In this document: positions 54,777-64,000 of the stretch, one piece after another
Layout of the letters: each line of letters begins with the position of its first letter
Numbering within the stretch: position 1 is the first letter of the stretch
Virus record (IMG/VR): IMGVR_UViG_3300021400_000134
Reading direction: 5' to 3' (one strand)
Source of the DNA: a virus
Taxonomy: Duplodnaviria; Caudoviricetes
DNA: 64,000 nt
Notes under the pieces: model-generated
The model's database searches: none
Told to the model about the DNA's origin: nothing
What the model saw: the letters and a program-made list of their open reading frames with translations, nothing else
Position numbers and translations under genes: made by a program

Positions 54777-57700
54777 ATGGCAAAATTATATCCTCCATAT
54801 ATTGAAGGAACATTGCCAGCGTTTTACTTAAATAAGAATGGGGATGGCGAATTAGTCATCCCCTTTGCTCATAATCGTGCCTTAGTAAGTAAAGAAGAAA
54901 TATCTTCTTTTGCTATAAAAATTAAGTCGGTACAAAATGATGTGTTGTATGGCGATGTAGAAGTTGGTGCGAATTGAGAAGGTAATGAAGTAAAGTTTGA
55001 AGTTAATAAATTTAAAATTGCGGAATTAGAAGATTTAACTTTTAAAATTGGACAGTATTACAAAATTCAAATGGCATATATTGATAGAACTGGTATTGTT
55101 GGATACTATTCAACTGTTGGTGTTGTTAAATGCACATCAGAACCAGAAGTTAGTATAATGAATTTTGACGAGAATAAAGTTAATAATAATGCCGCAGAAT
55201 TTATAGGACTTTTTAAACAAGCTGAAGATGGTGATGTTAGTGAAAAAGTTTATTCTAGTAAGTTTATAATAACTGATTTAGAAGGTAATGAAGTTTTCAG
55301 TTCTGGAGATATATTACATTCAATAGAAAACAACCCAAATTCTTACGAGTCTCAAGATAGTGTTTATTTTAACAGAGATTTGGAATATGGTGAAATATAT
55401 AGAATACAATATATAGTTACTACAACTAATGGTTTAGTTATATCTAGCCCAAAATATCTTTTAACTCAGCAAAAATCTATTTATATGGAATTAAAGGGTA
55501 AATTAGTAGCAGATTTAAACTATGATGAAGGATTTGTTGATTTAAAGATTGAGGGCGCTAAAAATGAAAATGGTGCTGAAGAAATTATAGATGGCTTGTT
55601 TATTGTATCAAGAGCTGATACTTTGAACCCAAATGTTTGAGAAGAATTAACTAGATTTAGTTTAAAACATGAATATCCATCTAGAACAATCTTTAGAGAT
55701 TTTACTATTGAACAAGGTAAAACTTATACCTATTCATTACAGCAATATAATGCTAATGGAATTTATTCAGATAGAAAAAAATCCAATGAGATATTTGCGG
55801 ATTTTGAAGATATGTTTTTGTATGATGGTGAACGTCAGTTAAAGCTGCGTTTTAATCCGCAAGTAAGTAGTTTTAAAACCCAGTTAGCAGAAACTAAAAC
55901 AGATACTATTGGTAGTAAATATCCATTCTTTTTTAGAAATGCGCGAGTTGGTTATAAGACATTCCCAATTTCTGGATTGGTGTCAATGTTAAGTGATGAC
56001 AATCAATTTTTTACATCATATAAAGAGATTTTAAGAGAAGATACTAAGGCTGATAGAGAATCTACAGCCGCAGAATATACTAAAAAATTATGACCACCAA
56101 TTATGGATAAAAATACTGACTTGGTTTCTGATAATTTTGTATCAGAAAGATTGTTTAAACTAAAGGTTTTAGATTGGCTAAATGATGGCCATGTAAAATT
56201 ATTTAAATCTCCAGGAGAGGGAAATTATTTAGTTAGATTAATGGACAATTCTTTAACTCCAAATACACAAGTTGGTAGAATGCTACACACAGTAAATGCT
56301 ACAGCCTATGAATGTGCGGAATTAAATTATAAGAATCTAATAGATAATAGAATTGTTAGGGAAGTCCAATTGCGCGATGAGGACACTTATGTCCCAAGCT
56401 GGAGAGATTTTACTTTAGACAATGAATGATTAAATGAAAATACTTTAAAACCTGTTACCGCAGCCAAAAAGGGCAGTAATATGATTTTAGGTGCGTATGT
56501 AAGTTCACCACAACTATTAAGTGATATTAACTTGCTTGATACAGAAGATGCGCCGGGTGCATCAACAACAATGCTAAGGTTTTTAGACTGCTTACCAGGA
56601 GACAGAATTAGATTAGTATTTGATACTTCTGGAGCAAAAGAGGCCAAAGATCATGTTGACATTACTATTGGTGCAACTGGTAATTACATGGCAGATGATT
56701 TAAGACCAGTTTATGGTATTTATTTCTTATCTGATATTGGTTATGGTTCAGATAGTAACTATAATCGTAGTGGCTTTCCATCAATTAGTTATCAATATAA
56801 TATACCTAATAGAACTGCTTTTAGGTCTATTGAAAAAATTCAAGCTGATATTGGTGGATATAATCAATTTGTTGGTGAAGTTCCAAATTTAGTTAAGCAT
56901 TTAAGTTATACTAGAGAAGTTCCTACTAAATTATGCTTTTCAAGATATTTTAAAAGACCTGTTGAGTATTTATATTACGCAACAGATGAAATACCAAATG
57001 TTATAAGTGGAGAAGATATATTTGATGGGACTTATGACTATTGGGGATATAGAAATTTAACAGAAAAGTATGCTTATCGTTTATCTTGGGATGTATCTAC
57101 AAAACATCTTTCTCAAGAAGAAAGAGAAGAAAAAATGAGAAAGTATACATTCCAAAAGACAAAAAACACAAATGGTTTAAATGAAGACTGGTGAGAAGTA
57201 CAGGATTGAGCTAGATATTATGCTCAGGTACAAGCTTTCTTAAACGGAGTAAATCCAGAAGATTTATCTCCAGAAGAATTAGAAGATCTTTATTATCCAA
57301 AACAGTGATTAATGTATTATAAATCAGTTGATAACGATAATTTATTACCGACTTATGCTGATGTTTCTGCTCAAATAGGAGGTGGAAATAATTCAGATAG
57401 ACATATTCAAATGATAATACAAAAATCAGATGGGTCTTGAACCTCTCATGGATCGAGTTGTTCTCATGCATATAATTGATTTTTAGATAGTTTAGAGCCG
57501 GGAGAGGTGGCTTATGTTTGGAAACCTACTCTTGGAGATGAAGAAGTCGCATATCACACAGACCAAGATGGAAATACTATCATTGACATGTCTGCCTATA
57601 AAGGAAGAGAAGAAAGTCCAGAGTGGTTTGATGACCAAGAAAGTTTACAGTATTCTCCATTCTCTTTATATGTTTTAAGAAATCAATATATTACAACACT

Positions 57701-58310
57701 TGATGGTGTTAGACAAAATATATTTAATCATTTACCGACATCTTTACCAATAGAAGAAAAAACCCATGTTGTTAACCATGCTTTTGAAAGATACTATATT
57801 GATAGATATATAAATGCGCAGACACCTGAAGAGATGCTTGAAGAGCGTACTTTACTTGCGCAGCAACTTGCCGCAGATGGAAATAATGAAGAAACTGCTG
57901 CGGTAGATGCAGCAACTGCTTTATATGTACTAGATGCTTGATACGGAAAAGTATATGAAGTAGGTAAAGATTTTATGTATGATCCATCTATTACATATAA
58001 TAATGAAAATATTGATTTGCGTGAAATTGATAGATATGAGTTAGAAGCTCTAGAGCCAGATGAAACAACTATTAAAGTTGGTAATGGGGTTTATGGGGAT
58101 GTATATTACCAGAAGGTAGAGCAAACATTCTCTTATGAACCAGAAGAGTATAAAAACGCTTGAGAGTCTGCGGTGGCCGCTGCAAAGATCGCTTCACCGG
58201 GATATAAAGAAGAAGCTGCAGAGCGAGCTGCATATAAACTATTAAATGATGGTATTGATGCTGAAAGAGAAGCATGACAAAAATTAAGAGGCGAGGAAGA
58301 GGAGGTATAA
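54777..58310 (+). CDS. distal-tail/baseplate-like protein, 1,177 aa (multiple in-frame TGA)
   Basis: Seven fragments in one frame ending at TAA 58308; DTIGSKYPF..RN..VGYKTFPISG motif. Confidence 0.75.
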
Positions 58311-58313
58311 TTT

Positions 58314-60746
58314 ATGAAAAACCCAATGTTAGATGAAGTGTTTTTACATGAATTAGACCAGTTTCAGCACAAGTTTATCTGAGCTAAAATTATCGCCTTA
58401 AATTGAGATGAATATCCATTAGAAGAGATTACAGGGCGTATTACAAGTGGAAGTATTAATATTGATGGTGCTTCTGCGGTAAGACGTACCTGTAGTCTTA
58501 CTCTCGCCGCAAATGAAGTCAATATAAATAATTTTTATTGAAGTCTTAATACTAAGTTTAGAGTAGAGATAGGATTGGAGAATTGAATAAATCCAGATTA
58601 TCCTGATATTATTTGGTTTAAGCAGGGAACATTTATAATATCCACATTTAGATGCTCTGCTGGAGTTAATAATTATACAATTAATATTCAGGGTAAGGAT
58701 AAGATGGTGCTATTAAATGGAGAAGTTGGTGGTGTTGTTCCAGCTTCATGAGATTTTGGCACAGAAGATGTAACTATGGAAGATGGAACCATTCAAAATA
58801 ACCCAATTCCTATTAAAGATATTGTTTTGCAAGCCGTTCATGAATATGCGCAAGAGGGTTGACAGAATATTATTGTTAATGATTTAGACGATTATGGCAT
58901 TGAGCTTTTGGAGTATGAAGGTGGAACGCCGTTATATTATATAATTCAGTATGATGGAGGCGCCAATGATTCGAGAGAAGTTGTTAATATGACTTTAAAA
59001 GGTGATATGCCTTGTTGGGTGCGTCAAGATACTTGGAATAATGGTAGACAGATTGGCGACAGATGAATTGCAACAACAATTTCGGAGCTGGAAAATGCTG
59101 GGGGAACGGGAGGCACATCCAGTGCCGGGCGGCTCTGTTATGAGAAGTTGATGGAGCAGCTTGATCCTAGCGGCGCAGTCACGGAAACTGCAAATTATTT
59201 GCGCGCAGTGGTAACACTAAAAGATCCAAATAGTGGTATAACGGACGAGGATTTATATACTATTGCGAAAATAACAAAAGATAATGGATTGCAAGTTTGC
59301 GGTTATCGCATTTGTGATATTATATATCCTTATGATTTGATTGCTTCTCCTGGCGAAGCATTAACATCAGTTTTAGATAAATTAGTAAAGATGCTTGGTA
59401 ATTTTGAGTATTTTTATGATGTTGATGGAAGATTTATTTTCCAGAAAAAAAAGACTTATTTGGATGTTTCTTATAATAATATTTTAAATGAGCATTCTAT
59501 AAGTGAAGAAGTTTGAGCAGATAATAGCGAGTTTAGTTCAAAATATTCTTATACATTTGATAAGGATACTCTCGTATCTTCTTTTCAGAATAATCCTAAT
59601 TTAAGCAATTTAAAAAATGACTATTCTCTATGAGGACAAAGAAAGCAGGGCGATATTGAAGTTCCTATTCATATGCGCTATGCAATAGATCATAAACCTG
59701 TTTACTATAAAACTTGAGATGGTATAGTCTATATTTCAGAACAGGGTATGCAAAAATATGGAGAAATTGGTGATGTAGTTGATTGACGTGAATTAATTTA
59801 TCAAATGGCAAATGACTATCGTCGTCATTACAGAGATGAAGATTTCTTAATTACCTTAAGAGATAATAATAAAATAGGTACAGAATATTTATATCCAAAA
59901 GGTTATACTGGATATGAGAAATATTATATTGATTTTGAAATGAATCTATCTCAGGGTATTGTAGCCTATTGGAGAGAATTATATAATCCAGATGTTAGAA
60001 ATAGTGAATTAAGAGATGAAAAAGTTCATTACCAGCAAGTAAAAGACAAAGTTGAGATGATAAAAGAGTCTGAGTTAGAGGATTGAACTCCTTCTAAAAT
60101 ATATTCTAAATCTGATTTAGTTAGATATAAAGATACTTATTATCGTTCAATAGCAGACAATAATCAAACAGAGCCGCAATCAAAAGAGGCTAAATGAGTA
60201 AGTGACTATTATGTAGTATATAACTCAGACGGTTGGAATCTTGATATTTTAAATAACCCAGAAATGTTAAATTTTTGATTTGATTTTTTAGATACTGATG
60301 GATTTTTAAATAGATATAGCGTTTGTAATATTGGGCAAAGGTCAAAAGCCGCTAATGATGATAAGATAAAAGCCATATATTTTAGAGAAACGCCAAATGT
60401 AATTTTTGAATTGGCTGATGATATTAGTCAAGCAAATTGACGTAAACCTGGGTATGCGCATATTCGTATTCCAAAGGGTTTAGATAATATGTTTTCGATT
60501 AGCTCAAGAGGTAAAAATGCAATGGATGTAGTACAAGAATATCTTTATACTTATACTTATCCAGTTAGCGCAGTTACTTTGAATGTAGTTCCTATCTACT
60601 ATTTATCACCAAATACCTTGATTTATGTAGATGATGAGGCTACTGGAGTTGTTGGCGAATATATTATGCAAAAATTTTCATTCCAGTTTGGCGTAACAGC
60701 ACAGATGACAATAAATGCTGTTGAAACAGCGAAGCGTATATATTAA
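58314..60746 (+). CDS. tail hub/tip-like protein, 810 aa (multiple in-frame TGA)
   Basis: GRITSGSINIDGASAVRRTCSLT; FEYFYDVDGRFIFQ; VPIYYL.PN.LIYV. Confidence 0.75.
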
Positions 60747-60761
60747 GGAGGAATTGGAGTA

Positions 60762-61097
60762 ATGGCAAAGAAACTGCTACAATTTCGCTACAAGGTAAAA
60801 GGTGATGAATATAATTATCCTAAGACAGCTGATGGAGAAGGCTTTATTAGCGGAGATGTTTTTTCTAGCGTTATGCCAATTTCTCAGCTGGGTATTCAAG
60901 CATTACCTGGTACGAAATTTTATTTAAATGGCGCAGTAAATCCAATAGTAATAGGTGTTTCAGGAATTTATGATTTGGATATACGAAATGGTGCTAGAAT
61001 TACTAATTTAAGATTCTCAAAGGAGTCAATAGAGAGAATAGAAGGAAGCATTGGCGGTTATTTGATCGTTGATGTATTATATGGAGAGGAGGATTAA
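60762..61097 (+). CDS. small tail-associated protein
   Basis: LGIQALPGTKFYLN...G.SGIYDLD. Confidence 0.7.
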   Translation: MAKKLLQFRYKVKGDEYNYPKTADGEGFISGDVFSSVMPISQLGIQALPGTKFYLNGAVNPIVIGVSGIYDLDIRNGARITNLRFSKESIERIEGSIGGYLIVDVLYGEED

Positions 61098-61100
61098 GAT

Positions 61101-64000
61101 ATGGGCTTTTATGGTAATATAACTAATATTAATAAAACTACTTTCCAGTTTGATAAAATTTATCCAAATCGTAAAGAAATGGACGATGCTTGCGCCGGTG
61201 ATGGAGTTTTTATTGGTAGATATGTTTTAGTCGATTATAACGAAGATTCTATTCTAGGATATGTTCATGCGCAAATTGCCGATGAAAATTTAAAAAATAA
61301 GCCGGTTGTTGTTGGATATCAGGAAAAAAGAGAAGATGAAAATGGGAATGTTGAAATATTGGCTGATAGATTTTATAGTGGCATTCCAGAAGTTACAGAA
61401 GATGGCACCGCTATTAAAACTGATAGGTTATATAAAATTGGGGAAGAGACCAGTGGTTCAACTGTTGCTCCAGATACTTTACTATTAAGTTTAGGCTATA
61501 TTTCAACAAAAGTCGAAATAAAAAGAGAAGGCGGTACAGAAGAAGAACCAATAGAGTCAATTCATTATATTATTAATGGTATTGAAAATAATAATTTTAA
61601 TCCTCAAATTTTTGTGGCTAGAGCTCCTGCTGAAGAGGGCGAAAGTGCAGATTTCCTTCTTTTAAGAGATATTGACAGTATTTGGGATTGGAATAAAGGA
61701 AGGTTCTTTATAAATCATCAAATTGATGCTACCTCTTATGGAGAAAGTAATATTGGTAGGGGTTGAGATTCTACTGTATGACAAAAGGTCTATAAAGATG
61801 GTACACCTAGTTATGTAATGGTAGCAGAGTTAAATTCTGTTGTACCTACATTTGACGTTGTATCGGATGCGCCAACTGTAATTCCGCAAAAGCCATATTA
61901 TGATGCAGATTCTTCAAATGTATATTATAGATTACATATGCAGCCATCTTGAGGATTACGTGTAAAAGCAGATGAGGACAAAGATTATTCTGATGGAGTT
62001 GTATTGCCATCAGATGTAAAGGGCCCTTATGAAAAACGCTATAATTATACGGAAGATGAAGATTTGGCTATTTATTGATTTAAAGATGGTTTTAATAAAT
62101 ATATTGAAAGCGTTTCTGAATATAATGAAGATATTGTTAAAATGTCGCCCACTGGAAAAAGTGGTAATACTTATTACGAAAATGGCACATTTGGGCAAGA
62201 AAAAATCGATACTTATGAATTAAGTATGATGTTACCTTCAATTGGTCAAGCAGTTTCTAATTTATGGGATATTGTATATGGTAAAGGTACTTATACAGAT
62301 ATTTTAGGAAATACGCTATGAGATAAGAGTAGAACAGATTATGATTTTGTCTATTCTAAAAAGCCAGTAGAAGGTGATGAAGATTCAGAAGATATTAAAA
62401 TTAGAAATACTGCATTAGAATGAAATACTCGCAATGGCGCAAGAGCATATTGAGAATATGATTCTGAAGAAGAACGTAAAATTACATATAATAAAGAAGC
62501 GTTAAATACATTAGCTGGTACAATTAACTCAGCGCATGATTTAATGGGAATGATTATTATAGAAAATGATAATTTATTAAGCAGCGATAGTAGCCTAAAA
62601 GCTAAAAACGCAGACCCAAGTAATATTTATTATGATAAAACAACTAAAAAATATTACAGAAAAGGAAAGAAATATTCATTTTCAGGTAGCGCGCCTATTG
62701 GTATTAGTGGTTCTAATATGTTTAATCCAGCAGATGGAAATCATTATAAGTTAGAGTCTTATGCTTATGATAACTATGATAACATTTATGCAGAAGATAA
62801 GGAATCTGATACACCTAAATATGAGCAAGTTGTTAATAATTATTATAAAGTAAAAAATACCGATATTCTTTTTGAGAACGAGGTTTATGGAACTTTAACT
62901 TCAAGTAAAATAAATAATTTTAGTCCAAAAAATTATGATCCATCTGGGGAAGAAGAAACAGATTTCTTATGGTGGCGTTGTACTGATCATGCTTTACCAC
63001 ATTATGTGCACGAAGTTGCGGAAACTCCAGCGCATGGTTCTTATTATAAGATAACCGCAGAACTTACTGCAGAAAGGCCAACATTCTATACCCCTAAAGT
63101 TTATTATTTAATGAAAAATAGTGAGCTTGCAACAGTGCAGGAGAGAGAGGATTGGGAAAATCCAGATAAAACCAATTTTAAACAAGCAGATTTTAATTAT
63201 TTGGGGATAATGAATGATGCTACACTAACGTCAGCTTTGGTTAACAATGGGATTAACCTAAATGATGAAAATAGAACCGTTGGTTATAGAATATTAAAGG
63301 GTGTTAGTGTAGACCCATCTCGTTCTGATTATATCTTAGTAGATATTAATAGACGTAAAAATGAAGAAACATTAACAACTGACTCTAATATTACACAAAA
63401 TGAAGATGGTGCTTTTGTTTATCAGTGAAATAATTTAGAAGCAACTCTTCAAAGCGTGGATACTATTGTTGAAGAAGTAACTGTAGAAGATGAGGTTCAA
63501 TATATTGAAAAATATCAATATGATATTACAGTTTTTAGAAGTCCAAGTCATACAGCTTTAGGTTCAAAGACTTTAAAAGAGTGGAAAGAGTATATTGAAA
63601 ATCTAGATAATCATGTTACAATAGAGAATTTCAGTGATTTAATTCCAGACATGAATTTTGAAAGAAGAATTACTGACCCATTCTATACACTTGACCGTGC
63701 TACAGATGTTACCAAGATAATTAAAGACCTTGTTCAAGAGAACGGCATTGCAACAACAGGATACTATTTCTTGTATGATGAAACAGCTGCGGCTAGAGAA
63801 GATATTCACGATGATAATGGTCAACGTTATTACGAACCAATTATTAATCCTAATAGCACTCAAGCAGAGAGTTCATCTTGATACAAATTAACAATTACTC
63901 CAGTACCAATTTATTATAGTCTAGATGGGCAATACTATATTAAAAATAATAATAATTTCTTAAGAGAAACTGCTTCAATTCTATTCTTAGAAGAATTGGA
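61101..64000 (+). CDS. tail fibre / receptor-binding-like protein, runs off the window (multiple in-frame TGA)
   Basis: MGFYGNI...FDKIYPNR..MD....DGVFIGRYVLV; GRG-W-DSTV-W-QKVY; fragments in one frame. Confidence 0.7.

Noticed and set aside
25077-64000. Late genes as pseudogenes, frameshifts or sequencing errors
   Set aside because: The breaks I checked are all in-frame TGA, with no frameshifts or internal TAA/TAG; decay would not be so specific.
25077-64000. TGA as Gly (code 25) or selenocysteine
   Set aside because: Motif contexts fit Trp, and dozens of TGAs in structural genes are incompatible with Sec insertion.
50053-64000. Diversity-generating retroelement targeting tail genes
   Set aside because: No reverse transcriptase and no TR/VR repeat pair seen in this window.

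Overview
A 64-kb segment of a large tailed-phage genome. The sigmaA-type promoters and strong SD sequences point to a Firmicutes-type host, and the gene order is siphovirus-like. It has three parts. (1) 1-8 kb: small hypothetical, Zn-ribbon and DNA-binding genes. (2) About 7.5-24 kb: an early or host-takeover region of dozens of self-contained cassettes (consensus TTGACA-N17-TATAAT promoter plus a small gene or a gene-less structured RNA), nearly all on the minus strand. It also holds gene-less plus-strand promoters, several families of repeated operator-like palindromes, five domain-shuffled winged-helix paralogs, two DEDD exonucleases, an aberrant tRNA-like gene and a cluster of structured ncRNAs. 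(3) 25-64 kb: the late morphogenesis operon (terminase, portal, protease/scaffold, capsid, neck, tail tube, 2,836-aa tape measure, tail tip and fibre). The supplied ORF track fragments part 3 because in-frame TGA is read as Trp (code-4-like), while early genes use TGG for Trp and often end in TGA, so the genome appears to use two codes. The tape measure carries a Gly-flanked Hint domain predicted to cleave rather than splice. The least explained and most novel features are in the non-coding DNA of the early region: operator-decoy-like arrays, gene-less promoters, anti-Shine-Dalgarno hairpins, structured ncRNAs and a homopolymer-free segment near a putative genome end. All functional calls come from motifs and gene order read by eye; no database searches were run.
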